From: Acidimicrobiia bacterium
GTDB lineage: Bacteria; Actinomycetota; Acidimicrobiia; Spongiisociales; UBA11373
Assembly (NCBI GenBank): GCA_041551965.1
Contig: JBFELU010000006.1
Coordinates: 201 to 64,200, forward strand
Length of the DNA: 64,000 nucleotides
Direction: 5' to 3'
Shown here in pieces: positions 28,266 through 40,494 of the stretch. The position numbers were made by a program, and so were the translations under genes. Within the stretch, counting starts at the first letter, position 1; each line of letters opens with the position of its first letter. Below the pieces are notes generated by a model. That model saw only the letters and a program-made list of their open reading frames with translations, was not told the origin of the DNA and did no database searches.

Positions 28266-28900
28266 TAGGACCGCATGATAAGCAGCCAGGAGGGGCCGTC
28301 AAGGACCTCGTCGGGAACGCGCCGCAACTCGGCACCGAGACCCAGGGTCTCGGCCAACACCAGGAGCTCGGTGGCCCGCTCCGGCTCTTCCGGGCGGCGG
28401 CTGACCCCAAGCACCGCCCGACCCTCCGCCTGGAGCAGTCGAGCGGTCAGCGCCACCGCCTCCGGGGCCCGGACCGAACCTCGATACGTGATCCCGGCCC
28501 ATTCGTCGGCGACCGAAAACACGTCGCCTTGAGCAATCGTCACGTTCCCCAGGGCCAGCATCCGCACCACCCGGTGGAGCAGCCGCACCCGCCGGCCCCC
28601 CCGATCAAGGAGGGTCACCCGGGTAGTGGGCCAGAGGATGGCCAATGGGATACCGGGTAGGCCGACTCCGGTTCCGACATCAAGGATCTCTTCCGGGGGC
28701 TCGGTCCACCCGGTGGCAAAGGTGAGCGAGTCGCCGAGATGCCGGGCCCACAACCGATCCCCCTCCCGCGGTCCCAACCCACCGGCCGGGATGGCTTCGT
28801 CACGCAACCAGGTGGCGTATTGGCGGAGGAGGGCCCATTGGCCGGCCTCGAGACGGTGCCCACTCCAACGGGCGGCCCGTTCCACGACCTCCTCGGTCAT
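28265..28900 (-). CDS. rsmG: 16S rRNA (G527-N7) methyltransferase
   Basis: GPREGDRLWARHLGDSL, LDVGTGVGLPGIPLAI; synteny. Confidence 0.9.
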   Translation of the reverse strand: MTEEVVERAARWSGHRLEAGQWALLRQYATWLRDEAIPAGGLGPREGDRLWARHLGDSLTFATGWTEPPEEILDVGTGVGLPGIPLAILWPTTRVTLLDRGGRRVRLLHRVVRMLALGNVTIAQGDVFSVADEWAGITYRGSVRAPEAVALTARLLQAEGRAVLGVSRRPEEPERATELLVLAETLGLGAELRRVPDEVLDGPSWLLIMRS

Positions 28901-28912
28901 CGGGATCGCTCT

Positions 28913-28928
28913 TGTTTCACGTGAAACG
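28913..28928. promoter_or_regulatory. parS centromere site TGTTTCACGTGAAACG
   Basis: Perfect GTTTCACGTGAAAC core between jag and rsmG, near parAB. Confidence 0.95.
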
Positions 28929-28940
28929 GGGGAGCCACCG

Positions 28941-29870
28941 TCACTCCTCGGCGGAGACCACCACCGATCGCTCCGGTTCCTCCCCCTCGGAGAAGGAACG
29001 GACTCCCTCGATCTCAGCCACCGCATCGTGGACCACCTTGCGGTCGGCCGGGTTCATCGGCTCCAGCATCACTTCGCCCCCGTCGGCGACGACCTGTTCA
29101 GCCAGGCGGCCCACGTAGATACGCAATGCCTCCCGCCGCCGCTCGGCGTAACCCCCGATATCGAGCCGGAGCCGGGCCCCGGCTTGGGTCTTGCGATGTA
29201 CCACGGTCCGGGTCAACTCCAACACGGCCTGCATCACCGAACCCTTGGGCCCGATGAGCGCCTCTGTCTGATCCCCGGTCAGTTCGACGTAGATGATCTC
29301 CTCATCGACTCGGGTCTCGACGCCTCCCTCGAGGCCAAACGCATCGAGGAGGCCCTCGAGGAACTCCACCACGACCCGTGCCTGCTCCTCGATATCGACC
29401 GTCACCGCCTTCTCCTTCTTCTCTTGCACACCTGCTCCCCGTTGGGATCGCTCCGGGGTCGGTCGCGACCGGGAGGGGCCGGCCGACCGACCCTCCTCGC
29501 CCGAATCGCGCCTGCCCTTCTCCTTCGCTCGAGCGCCGCCGCGACCCGATCCCGAACCCTGGCCCCGGCCGGAACGCCGCTCGTCATCCTTGCCCGAGCG
29601 CCGATCGCCCTTGGCCGGCTTCCGGCGTTCGCCCTTCCCGGAGGGGCCTTCCTCGCCCTTGCCCCGACCCCCGCGCCGACGACGGCGCCTCTTGGGTCTG
29701 GCCTTGATCCGCACCAGGGCGGTGCGCCCCCCGATCCCCAGGAAACCCCCCTGCCTCTCCCGCAGCACCTCGATCTCGGCCGCCTCGGGAGAGTCCAACC
29801 CCAGCTCGGCGAGACCCGCTTCCACCGCATCCTTGACAGTGCGGCCTTCGACCTCAACCCATTCCGTCAT
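28941..29870 (-). CDS. jag: Jag/KhpB/EloR RNA-binding protein (Jag_N, KH, R3H)
   Basis: EVEGRTV..AV, GFLGIG, ALIGPKG, PMNPADRKVVH, SEGEEPER. Confidence 0.93.
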   Translation of the reverse strand: MTEWVEVEGRTVKDAVEAGLAELGLDSPEAAEIEVLRERQGGFLGIGGRTALVRIKARPKRRRRRRGGRGKGEEGPSGKGERRKPAKGDRRSGKDDERRSGRGQGSGSGRGGARAKEKGRRDSGEEGRSAGPSRSRPTPERSQRGAGVQEKKEKAVTVDIEEQARVVVEFLEGLLDAFGLEGGVETRVDEEIIYVELTGDQTEALIGPKGSVMQAVLELTRTVVHRKTQAGARLRLDIGGYAERRREALRIYVGRLAEQVVADGGEVMLEPMNPADRKVVHDAVAEIEGVRSFSEGEEPERSVVVSAEE

Positions 29871-30733
29871 CGCCTTCTCCGCTTCTTGCCGCGCTTCTTC
29901 TTCGACCCCTGTGGCCGGCGCTGCCCGGTGGGGCGAGCCGGTGGGGTGGTCGGCTTCGACTCCGGTTCCGCCCGGGGGACCTCGGGGGGAGCCGGCTCGG
30001 TCGCCGACTTCCGAGCATCCAGGTTGAGAATCAACGCTTGTTGCCCGATCCGGAAGATCTGGCTGGCGGCGAAGTACACCACCAGCCCGGCCGGGAGGGT
30101 GAAGGAGATGAAGCCGAAAAAGAATGGAAAAATCTTCATGATGGCTTGTCCCGGCTGTTGCTGCTGGCCCTGCTGTTGGCTCCGAGCCATCGTCTGCCGT
30201 TGCTGCCAGTAGGCGGTCGCCATGACCAGGATGATCGTGATCAGATAGGGAATGGCACTGACAATGCCGTCATCCCCGAACACCTGAGATGGTGTCTCGG
30301 TCATGTCCATCCACAGGAAATCGGTGTCGCGCTCCACCAGCGCCTCGGCCAGACGGCTTCCCTCGGGGACGAATCGTTCTGGGTTGGCGGCGTCGGCGAA
30401 GGACCGCAACACTTGGAACAACGCAAACCAGATAGGCATCTGCAGGAGCAACGGGAGACAACCGGCAGCCGGATTCACTCCCTTCTCCCGATAGAGCTCC
30501 ATCGTCGCCTGCTGCAACGCGGCCCGGTCGTGCTTCAGTTCCTTCTGCAGGCGCTTCAGCTCCGGCTGGATCTCCTGCATCGCCTTCATCGACCGCGTCT
30601 GCTTCAACGTGAGGGGGAACATCACGATGCCCACGACGATGGTGAGCAGGATGATCGCCACCCCCAGATTGGGCATCAGGTCGTAGAAGAACGACACGAT
30701 GGTCCCGAGCAACTCTCGGAGTGCATCCCACAT
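29867..30733 (-). CDS. yidC: Membrane protein insertase YidC
   Basis: PLTLKQTRSM, LYREKGVNPAAGCLPLLLQMP, PAGLVVY. Confidence 0.94.
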   Translation of the reverse strand: MWDALRELLGTIVSFFYDLMPNLGVAIILLTIVVGIVMFPLTLKQTRSMKAMQEIQPELKRLQKELKHDRAALQQATMELYREKGVNPAAGCLPLLLQMPIWFALFQVLRSFADAANPERFVPEGSRLAEALVERDTDFLWMDMTETPSQVFGDDGIVSAIPYLITIILVMATAYWQQRQTMARSQQQGQQQQPGQAIMKIFPFFFGFISFTLPAGLVVYFAASQIFRIGQQALILNLDARKSATEPAPPEVPRAEPESKPTTPPARPTGQRRPQGSKKKRGKKRRRR

Positions 30734-30991
30734 CTACTTGGCCTTCCTCGGTACGGGGTCGTAGCCGCCTTCCCGGAATGGGTGGCAGCGCCCTATCCGG
30801 CGCATCGCCATCCACGCGCCTCTCCAGGCACCATGCTCGCCGATCGCCTCGTAGGCGTATTCCGAGCAGGTCGGGAGGTACCGGCACCGCCGCCCCATCA
30901 CCGGCGACAGGGCCTTACGGTATCCGAGGATGCCGCGCTGCAACCACCAGCCCGGCTGGTACGCCCGCAGCGGTGTCCTCGACGTCTCCAC
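30734..30991 (-). CDS. yidD: Membrane protein insertion efficiency factor YidD
   Basis: [25 protein letters not shown]. Confidence 0.95.
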   Translation of the reverse strand: METSRTPLRAYQPGWWLQRGILGYRKALSPVMGRRCRYLPTCSEYAYEAIGEHGAWRGAWMAMRRIGRCHPFREGGYDPVPRKAK

Positions 30992-30996
30992 CTCTC

Positions 30997-31320
30997 CTAT
31001 GCCTCCAGTGCCTCTCCCACCCAGGCGGTCAACTGTGCGAATGGCGCCTCGTTGACCGCCGGATCGGCAATCAGTATGTAGTCCCGGCCTTCCCTCATCG
31101 GTGACCGGGCCGCCGCCTCCCGCAATCGGCGCTTGGCGCGGTTCCGGGCCACCGCGGTGCCCACCTTGCGACCGGCGATCACCGCGAGGCGCGGAGGACC
31201 GGGCACACCAACGGCACTCACGGCGACCACGCCGCCGACCCGTCTTCTGGACCCGGTCCGGCGGACCCTTCGAAGATCGGAACGGTGGTGCAGCGACGTG
31301 TAGGGCCGGCCTCTAGGCAG
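30997..31320 (-). CDS. rnpA: Ribonuclease P protein component
   Basis: [18 protein letters not shown] motif; synteny. Start uncertain (possibly CTG at 31320). Confidence 0.9.
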   Translation of the reverse strand: MPRGRPYTSLHHRSDLRRVRRTGSRRRVGGVVAVSAVGVPGPPRLAVIAGRKVGTAVARNRAKRRLREAAARSPMREGRDYILIADPAVNEAPFAQLTAWVGEALEA

Positions 31321-31447
31321 AGAGACGGGCCCGACCCTTGGCGCGGCGCCGCTTGATGATCGCTCGCCCGGCGCGGGTGCGCATCCGAGCGCGAAAACCG
31401 TGCTTCCGCTTGCGGCGTCGAACATTCGGCTGATACGTGCGCTTCAT
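31313..31447 (-). CDS. rpmH: 50S ribosomal protein L34
   Basis: Below the ORF-track cutoff; manual translation [44 protein letters not shown]. Confidence 0.98.
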   Translation of the reverse strand: MKRTYQPNVRRRKRKHGFRARMRTRAGRAIIKRRRAKGRARLSA

Positions 31448-31648
31448 GAGAGTCCCGAGTTGGGAAGAGTACGCTGGCACGCCAGGTTACGAACACCCGA
31501 GGAGCATGTCAAAGGTCGCCGGACCAACAACGAGGGCCCCCGGCCCCGGATCGCGGAAAAACCACCTGATCCGCGAAACAATCTCTTCCGTGATTCGGCG
31601 AATCCGCGCCCCCCGCGGCCACCGGGTCTCCGTTGCCGCTACACCAAG

Positions 31649-31669
31649 ATCCCTTGATTATCAAGGGAT
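31649..31669. promoter_or_regulatory. Perfect palindrome ATCCCTTGAT-T-ATCAAGGGAT in the rpmH-dnaA spacer
   Basis: Read directly; AT-rich dyad in the origin-proximal spacer. Confidence 0.55.
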
Positions 31670-31839
31670 TTCGGTGGGCCACCGCTCGAGCTCCGTCCGA
31701 CCGAAGCTCGGATTTGCCATTCTTGTGCGGCCCTCGCCGCGTCCATAGACTCCGTCGTCGCCGGAGCTTCCGGCTGACTTCCCACAGAGACGGCGGGTCG
31801 GTGAACAGCCGAAGTGGCGGCACCCCCCGACCCTGCATC

Positions 31840-31871
31840 TTCTCCACAGATGTGGATAGCGCTGTGGAGAA
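31840..31871. promoter_or_regulatory. DnaA-box cluster upstream of dnaA (TTCTCCACA, TGTGGATAG, TGTGGAGAA)
   Basis: Three boxes, each 1 mismatch from TTATCCACA, closely spaced just before dnaA. Confidence 0.8.
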
Positions 31872-31906
31872 GCGGGAGAGGTATCGGGAAGACGAGAGGC
31901 AGGGAC

Positions 31907-33268
31907 GTGGAGGCGCACTCCGCCGCTGACAGCTGGGAGCGATTCCGACAGGATCTCAGGGGTCGAGTCACCCCGATCACCTGGCAGACCTGGCTCGACG
32001 CGCTCAAACCCCAAACGGTCGATTCCGACGTCGTCCGCTTGCTGGCGCCGAGCGAGTTTCACCTCCGCTGGGTCAACGACAAGTACCGTCCGGTCGTCGA
32101 AGATGCGGTGAACGCCGTCTTCGGCCCCGATGCCGAGCTGGTCATGGATGCCCGCCCCGAGCCGGTGTACGCACTCGAGGACGCCGAGGAGGATTCGGGA
32201 CCCGACGCCTTCGTCCAGGAACCGGCCTCGACCCCCGAGAGCCGCCCGCGGCTCGCCCCCAAGTACACCTTCGAGAACTTCGTCGTCGGGCCTTCAAACC
32301 GGTTCGCTCACGCGGCGGCAATGGCCATCGCCGAACACCCGGGCGGGCAGTACAACCCCCTGTTCGTCTACGGCGCCGCCGGGCTCGGCAAGACCCACCT
32401 CCTCCAAGCCATCGGCCTCCACAGCCGGGACCTCAATGCTCGTCTCGTCACTCGCTATGTGACCTCCGAGCACTTCATCAACGACTTCATCGACGGGATC
32501 CGGCGCAAGCGCATGGACGAGTTCAAGGCGCGCTACCGAAGTGTCGATCTCTTCCTGCTGGACGATGTCCAATTTCTGGAAGGCAAGGAGCAGATCCTCG
32601 AGGAGTTCTTCCACACTTTCAACGCTCTCTACGAGACCGGCAAGCAGTTGGTGTTCTCCTCCGACCGGCCCCCACGGGATCTCTCGACGCTCGAGGACCG
32701 GATCAGAAGCCGCTTCGAATGGGGTCTCACCACCGACATCCAACCCCCCGACGTCGAGACTCGCCTGGCGATCCTCCGCAAGAACGCAGCCTTTGCGGCG
32801 CAACCCGTTCCCGAGGCCGTCCTGGAATTCATTGCCAATCGAGTGGTCGACAACATCCGAGAACTCGAAGGTGCTCTCACGCGAGTCACCGCGTATGCCG
32901 CCCTCACCCATCAGCCGATCGATCTCGACATGGCCGCCGACGTGCTGCAGGATCTCGGACCGGAGCACACCTCGGCCCCGATCAACACCGGCCAGATCTT
33001 GGCCATGACGGCATCGTCCTTCGGCGTCTCGATCGCCGATCTCGAGGGTCCCAGTCGGCGTCAGCCGCTCGCCCGAGCCCGCCAGGTGGCGATGTACCTG
33101 TGTCGAGAACTCACCGACCTCTCCCTTCCCAAGATCGGCGTCCTGTTCGGCGGCCGTGACCACACGACGGCACTTCACGGCATCAACAACGTCAAGCGGC
33201 TGATGCAGACCGACCAGCAACTCTTCGATCAGGTCACTGCCCTGTTGCAAAGCCTGAGGAATTCTTGA
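31907..33268 (+). CDS. dnaA: Chromosomal replication initiator DnaA
   Basis: YTFENFVVGPSNRFA, GLGKTHL, EEFFHTFN, NIRELEGAL, GGRDHTT. Confidence 0.98.
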   Translation: MEAHSAADSWERFRQDLRGRVTPITWQTWLDALKPQTVDSDVVRLLAPSEFHLRWVNDKYRPVVEDAVNAVFGPDAELVMDARPEPVYALEDAEEDSGPDAFVQEPASTPESRPRLAPKYTFENFVVGPSNRFAHAAAMAIAEHPGGQYNPLFVYGAAGLGKTHLLQAIGLHSRDLNARLVTRYVTSEHFINDFIDGIRRKRMDEFKARYRSVDLFLLDDVQFLEGKEQILEEFFHTFNALYETGKQLVFSSDRPPRDLSTLEDRIRSRFEWGLTTDIQPPDVETRLAILRKNAAFAAQPVPEAVLEFIANRVVDNIRELEGALTRVTAYAALTHQPIDLDMAADVLQDLGPEHTSAPINTGQILAMTASSFGVSIADLEGPSRRQPLARARQVAMYLCRELTDLSLPKIGVLFGGRDHTTALHGINNVKRLMQTDQQLFDQVTALLQSLRNS

Positions 33269-33459
33269 ATGGTTCTCCCCAAGATCACACTCACCGATCC
33301 GGCGGCTGGGGAGAAGCCCGCGATGGTCCTCAGGGGGTGTGAATCCGCGAACCACGCCGTAACCTGGGGTTTTCCATCGTTACCCACAATCCCCAGTACC
33401 TACGACTACAACTCTTCTTTTCACTCTCAAGAAACAAAGCTCGTAGAAGGACAACGAAG
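33269..33459. other. oriC unwinding region in the dnaA-dnaN spacer
   Basis: DnaA box TTACCCACA (33380-33388), then a CCCC spacer, DnaA-trio-like CTA CGA CTA CAA and an AT-rich tract. By eye the + strand changes from C-rich to G-rich around here. Confidence 0.75.
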
Positions 33460-34539
33460 GTGCGCATAAGAGCGGAGCGAGACGATCTCGCCGATGTGCT
33501 CAGCCGAGCGGGTCGGGCCATCGGTACCAGATCGCCGTTGGCCATCGTGCAGGGGCTATTGCTCGAGGTGGAGGGCAAGACCCTGCGCGTCACGGGAACC
33601 GATCTGGATGTCACAATCAGGACCGAGCTCGAAGTCGAGGTGATCGGTGAAGGGCGCACGGTCATCCCGGCTCGCTTGGCGGGTGAAGCCGTTCGGAAGT
33701 TGCCGCCGGGTGCGGTCGTGATCGAGGCCGGTGACGGGGAGGTCGAGATCGCCGGCGGGGGACCGACCTTCCGGTTCCGAGAACTGCCGGTCGACGACTT
33801 TCCCAAGGTTGCCGAACCGGAGGTCGACGGAGCCATTGACGTCGACGGCGAGGTCTTTGGCGAGGCTCTCGCGCAGGTGGCCACGGCCGCGTCGACGGAC
33901 GATGCGAGGCCGATCCTGACGGGGGTCTTCTTCGAGAGCGGGGGCGACACTTTGCGGGTCGTGGCGACCGATTCGTACCGACTCGCCGTGCGTGATCTCC
34001 CGCAGATGGAAGCCGATCTGTCGGGTCTGGTGCCCGTGCGGGCGCTGCGGGAGCTGAGGCGGACGATCGGCGCCGATCGGGTCAAGATCGCCATCGGAAC
34101 GCGCGAAGCGACGTTCCAATCGGAGCGAGGAACATTGACCGCTCGCCTCATCGAAGGGACCTTCCCCAACTACCGCCAGTTGATCCCCGAGACGTATCCG
34201 AATCGTTTGACGATCGAGCGCGACGCGCTTTTGGAAGCCATCGACCGAGCGTCCTTGGTCGCCGAGGACCACATCCCGATTCGGATGAACATGCAGGAGG
34301 GGGGCGTGGAACTCAGCGTCACGCGCCAGGACGTGGGCGGCGAGATCGAGCACGTGGTCGCCGATTACCAGGGTGAGGAGATGACGATCGCGTTCAACTC
34401 CCGGTATCTGAATGACGGGGTCGGTGCAGTCGACTCGGACACCGTCGTCCTCGACATGCTGGATCCTCTGAAGCCCGGGGTCATTCGGGGTGCCGACGAC
34501 GACGACTTCCTCTACCTCCTGATGCCGGTCCGGCTCTGA
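33460..34539 (+). CDS. dnaN: DNA polymerase III beta clamp
   Basis: TGTDLD, RPILTGV, VATDSYRLA, LIEGTFPNY, LLMPVRL. Confidence 0.97.
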   Translation: MRIRAERDDLADVLSRAGRAIGTRSPLAIVQGLLLEVEGKTLRVTGTDLDVTIRTELEVEVIGEGRTVIPARLAGEAVRKLPPGAVVIEAGDGEVEIAGGGPTFRFRELPVDDFPKVAEPEVDGAIDVDGEVFGEALAQVATAASTDDARPILTGVFFESGGDTLRVVATDSYRLAVRDLPQMEADLSGLVPVRALRELRRTIGADRVKIAIGTREATFQSERGTLTARLIEGTFPNYRQLIPETYPNRLTIERDALLEAIDRASLVAEDHIPIRMNMQEGGVELSVTRQDVGGEIEHVVADYQGEEMTIAFNSRYLNDGVGAVDSDTVVLDMLDPLKPGVIRGADDDDFLYLLMPVRL

Positions 34540-34545
34540 GCCGGC

Positions 34546-35637
34546 ATGCACCTCGACTGGCTCGATCTCAATGACTTCCGATGCCACGAGGCTTTGGAGA
34601 TCCGGCCGGATCCGGGGGTCAACGTCTTCATCGGGAACAACGGTTCGGGCAAGACGAGCCTGTTGGAGGCCGTCGGCTACCTCGCATCGCTGAAGTCGTT
34701 TCGGCGAGCCCCCGATCTCGCCCTGGTGCGGCAAGGCGCCGACGCGGCGGTGATACGGGGGGAGTTCGGCGATGGCGAGCGGACGATTCGAGTGGAAGTG
34801 GAGATCCCGGCCGAAGGGCGCCGCCGAGTCCTCCTCAACAGCAAGAGGCCGAAGAACCGTGCCGAAGTCGTGGCGTCGATCCCGTTGGTGGCCTTCCTTC
34901 CGGACGATCTCGATCTGGTGAAGCGGGGTCCCGCCTATCGGCGAGAGTTCGTGGACGACGTCGCCACTTCGTTGTGGCCCCAGGCCGGGGTCGAGCAGCA
35001 GGAATACGAGCGAGCGGTCCGGCAACGGAACGCCCTGCTGCGACGCGAGGGCCGGCATGCCGATCCGACCTCATTGGACGTGTGGGATGAGCGGTTGGTG
35101 CGACTCGGCGGTGCGGTGATTCGGCGCCGGGTTCGGTCGCTGTCTCTGCTGGGAAACCGCCTCGAGGACCTCTACGCGGAGATGGCGGCAGCGTCGGATT
35201 CCCTGACATGGCGGTACGAGTCGGCATCGGTGGGCGACGGCACGGGACCGGTGGAGGAACGTCTCGCCGAGGCGATTGCCGCAGCGCGGGCCGCTGACGT
35301 CGAGAGAAGGGTGTCGACGGTCGGACCCCATCGGGACGAGGTCGGCTTCGGCCTTTCCGGTCGCGACGTGCGGACCCGCGCCAGCCAGGGGGAGCAGCGG
35401 GCGGTGGCGCTGAGTCTCCGGGTTGCCGCCTATGAGGTGCTCCGCCACGAGCGGGGAGCGACGCCCCTCTTGGTGCTCGACGATGTCTTCTCGGAACTCG
35501 ATGCCGAGCGGAGCCGGCGGTTGGTCGGCCGGTTCCCGGCCGGGCAGATCTTTGTCAGCTCGGCGCGCGAAGATGAGGTGCCGGTGACGGGTGTGCGGTG
35601 GACCGTGTCGGCGGGAGGAATCGAGCGGCGTGAGTGA
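34546..35637 (+). CDS. recF: DNA replication/repair protein RecF
   Basis: GNNGSGKTSLLEA, GPHRDE, ASQGEQR, LDDVFSELD. Confidence 0.96.
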   Translation: MHLDWLDLNDFRCHEALEIRPDPGVNVFIGNNGSGKTSLLEAVGYLASLKSFRRAPDLALVRQGADAAVIRGEFGDGERTIRVEVEIPAEGRRRVLLNSKRPKNRAEVVASIPLVAFLPDDLDLVKRGPAYRREFVDDVATSLWPQAGVEQQEYERAVRQRNALLRREGRHADPTSLDVWDERLVRLGGAVIRRRVRSLSLLGNRLEDLYAEMAAASDSLTWRYESASVGDGTGPVEERLAEAIAAARAADVERRVSTVGPHRDEVGFGLSGRDVRTRASQGEQRAVALSLRVAAYEVLRHERGATPLLVLDDVFSELDAERSRRLVGRFPAGQIFVSSAREDEVPVTGVRWTVSAGGIERRE

Positions 35638-35938
35638 TCTCGAGCATGTGGGCGCCGGCCTGGACGGTTTGTTGCGGCGGCTGGGCATGCCGGAAGCCGT
35701 CGACCTGGAGCGGCTGGTGCGGGAGTGGTCCGAGTTGGCCGGCGACCCATGGGCGGCCACCGCAACGCCGGTCGGCTGGCGCGACGGCGTCCTCGTCGTG
35801 GAGGTTCCCGACGGGACCACGGCCACCCTGCTTCGGTATGAGACGGAGACACTCATCGGCCGGTTGACCAAGGCTCTGGGAGGGGCTCTGGTCACCGGGG
35901 TTCGTATCCGGGTGGCTCGGGGCAAAAAGGGCCTCTGA
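35630..35938 (+). CDS. DciA / DUF721 helicase-loader family protein
   Basis: Position between recF and gyrB; W..LAG...A..ATP....DGVLVVEV pattern. Confidence 0.82.
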   Translation: MSDLEHVGAGLDGLLRRLGMPEAVDLERLVREWSELAGDPWAATATPVGWRDGVLVVEVPDGTTATLLRYETETLIGRLTKALGGALVTGVRIRVARGKKGL

Positions 35939-37984
<2,046 letters not shown>

Positions 37985-37994
37985 GAGGGGAGAC

Positions 37995-40436
37995 ATGGCG
38001 GATCAGCCACCCGGAGAGGGCAGGGTCGAACTGATCGACATCGAGGCGGAGGTCAAGACCTCCTTCCTCGAATATGCCATGTCGGTGATCGTGGCCCGGG
38101 CTCTGCCGGATGTCAGAGACGGCCTGAAACCGGTCCACCGGCGGATCCTCTTCTCGATGCACGACGCCGGGATCAGGCCGGGGAGTCCGTTCCGCAAGAG
38201 CGCCCGGGTGGTCGGCGACGTGATGGGGTGGTTCCACCCGCACAGCAACGACGCCATCTACGACGCGCTCGTCCGGCTGGGGCAGGACTTCGCCAGCCGG
38301 TATCCGCTCATAGAGCCGCAGGGCAACTTCGGCACCGTCGACGATCCGCCGGCCGCCATGCGCTACACCGAGTGCCGATTGGAGAAGCTGGCGGTCAACC
38401 TGCTCGACGGCCTCGACGAGGAGACGGTCGACTTCGAGGACAACTACTCCGGGGAGCGTCAGGAACCGGTGGTGCTGCCCGCCCGCTTCCCCAACCTGCT
38501 GGCCAACGGTTCCACGGGCATTGCCGTGGGGATGGCGACCAACATCCCCCCACACAATCTCGGTGAGGTGATCGACGCCGCGCTCCACATGATCGAGAAC
38601 CCCGACAGCACGGCCGAGGACCTTCTCGAGTTCGTGAAGGGGCCCGACTTCCCCACGGGGGCCTACATCGTCGGGAACAAGGGAGTGAAGGATGCCCTCC
38701 TGACGGGACGCGGTTCCGTGAAGATGAGATCGGTCACCGAGATCGTCGAGGTCCGCAAGGGGAGGACGGCGATCGTCGTCACCGAGATTCCCTACCAGGT
38801 GTCGCGCGATCGGATCATGGAGAAGATCGCCACATTGGTCCGCGAGAAGAAGCTCGGCGGGATCGCCGAACTGCGCGACGAGAGCGATCGGTCCGGGACA
38901 CGGCTCGTGATCGAGCTGAAACGGGATGCGGTCCCGCAGATCGTCCTCAACCAGCTCTACAAGAACACTCAGTTGCAGGAGACGTTCGGGGTGAACATGG
39001 TCGCCCTGGTCGATGGGGTTCCCAGGACGCTCAACGTCGCCGAGATGATCGGTCACTACATCGATCACCAGATGGAAGTGATCGAGCGTCGAACCCGATT
39101 CCGCCTGGAGAGGGCGGAAGCCAGGGCCCACATCGTCGAAGGGCTCATCGTCGCGTTGGACAACATCGACGAGGTGGTTCAGATCATCCGGTCCAGCGAC
39201 GACGTCGAGCAGGCTCGCGGTTCCCTGATGGAGCGCTTCGATCTCTCCGAGATCCAGGCCACCCACATCCTCGACATGCCGTTGCGGCGCCTCACCGCGC
39301 TCGAGACCTCGAAGCTGCGCGAGGAACAAGCCGAGCTGGCCAAGCTGATCAAGCATCTCAAGGCGCTGCTGCGGAGTCCCGCAAAGCGCCGGGGACTCAT
39401 CGGGAGTGAGCTCAAGGAGATCAAGAAGCAGTATGCCGATCCCCGTCGCAGCAGGATCATCCCCGACGACGGTGACCTCTCTCTGGAGGACCTGATCGCC
39501 GACGAGGAACTCGTCGTGACGGTGACGGCGAACGGGTATCTCAAGTCGGTGAGTGCGGCCTCGTACCGTCGCCAGGGGAGGGGAGGACGGGGGGTGAAGG
39601 GGGCCGCCCTTCGTGAAGACGACGTGATCTCGAGGGTGCTGTTCACCACCGCCCATGCCTACCTTCTCTTCTTTACCAACCGGGGCAAGGTCTATCGAAT
39701 CAAGGCCCACGAATTGCCCCGCAAGGACCGAACGGCCAAGGGGGTGCTGGCCCAGTCGGTGCTGCCCCTCGCGCCCGACGAAGCCATCGAGGCCGTGGTC
39801 GATACCCGCGACTACGAGACGAGCAACTACCTGGTCATGGTCACCCGTAACGGGCAAGTCAAGAAGACCAAGATGTCCGACTACGACTCGCGCCAGTCGG
39901 CCTTGATCGCCATCAAGCTCCAGAAGGGTGACGAGGTCGTGGCGGTTCGCACCACGTCCGGCAAGAAGGACCTCATGATCTTCACGAACCAGGGTCAGGG
40001 GATCCGTTTCAAGGAGAGCGAGATCCGCCCGATGGGTCGCGACACGATGGGGGTCCGTGGCATGAGGCTTCGCGAGGGAGACCTCGTCGTGTCCGCGGCG
40101 TCGAGCCAGGATGCCGATGAGGTACTGCTGCTCACCTCGGGCGGCTACGGGAAGAGGACCAAGATCACCGATTTTCCCCTCCAGAGACGGGGTGGTCTCG
40201 GCGTGAAGGCGATCAAGCTGACGCGCGTTCGCGGGGCCCTGGTGGCGGCGCGCAGCGTTCCCAAGGGATCGGAGATCTTCGTCACCTCGACCGAAGGCGT
40301 GGTCATCCGCATGGAGACCGATCCCATCAGCCGCCAGAAACGGGACGCCAGCGGGGTGAAGGTGATGAACCTCGGCGCGGGGGCGTCGGTCTCGGCCTTC
40401 GATCTGGTACCGCAGGAGAACGGCGAGGAAACGTAA
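37995..40436 (+). CDS. gyrA: DNA gyrase subunit A
   Basis: [16 protein letters not shown], catalytic AAMRYTE, GyrA-box QGRGGRG, CTD blades. Confidence 0.98.
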   Translation: MADQPPGEGRVELIDIEAEVKTSFLEYAMSVIVARALPDVRDGLKPVHRRILFSMHDAGIRPGSPFRKSARVVGDVMGWFHPHSNDAIYDALVRLGQDFASRYPLIEPQGNFGTVDDPPAAMRYTECRLEKLAVNLLDGLDEETVDFEDNYSGERQEPVVLPARFPNLLANGSTGIAVGMATNIPPHNLGEVIDAALHMIENPDSTAEDLLEFVKGPDFPTGAYIVGNKGVKDALLTGRGSVKMRSVTEIVEVRKGRTAIVVTEIPYQVSRDRIMEKIATLVREKKLGGIAELRDESDRSGTRLVIELKRDAVPQIVLNQLYKNTQLQETFGVNMVALVDGVPRTLNVAEMIGHYIDHQMEVIERRTRFRLERAEARAHIVEGLIVALDNIDEVVQIIRSSDDVEQARGSLMERFDLSEIQATHILDMPLRRLTALETSKLREEQAELAKLIKHLKALLRSPAKRRGLIGSELKEIKKQYADPRRSRIIPDDGDLSLEDLIADEELVVTVTANGYLKSVSAASYRRQGRGGRGVKGAALREDDVISRVLFTTAHAYLLFFTNRGKVYRIKAHELPRKDRTAKGVLAQSVLPLAPDEAIEAVVDTRDYETSNYLVMVTRNGQVKKTKMSDYDSRQSALIAIKLQKGDEVVAVRTTSGKKDLMIFTNQGQGIRFKESEIRPMGRDTMGVRGMRLREGDLVVSAASSQDADEVLLLTSGGYGKRTKITDFPLQRRGGLGVKAIKLTRVRGALVAARSVPKGSEIFVTSTEGVVIRMETDPISRQKRDASGVKVMNLGAGASVSAFDLVPQENGEET

Positions 40437-40494
40437 CCGGATCCGGGGGGCCACCGGTACACTGCCCAGCGTTGTTGGTCGGCCCGGGAGGGTC

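Noticed and set aside
28901-29026. N-terminal extension of rsmG predicted by the ORF track
   Set aside because: It overlaps jag and runs through parS; the ATG at 28900 gives a normal-length protein.
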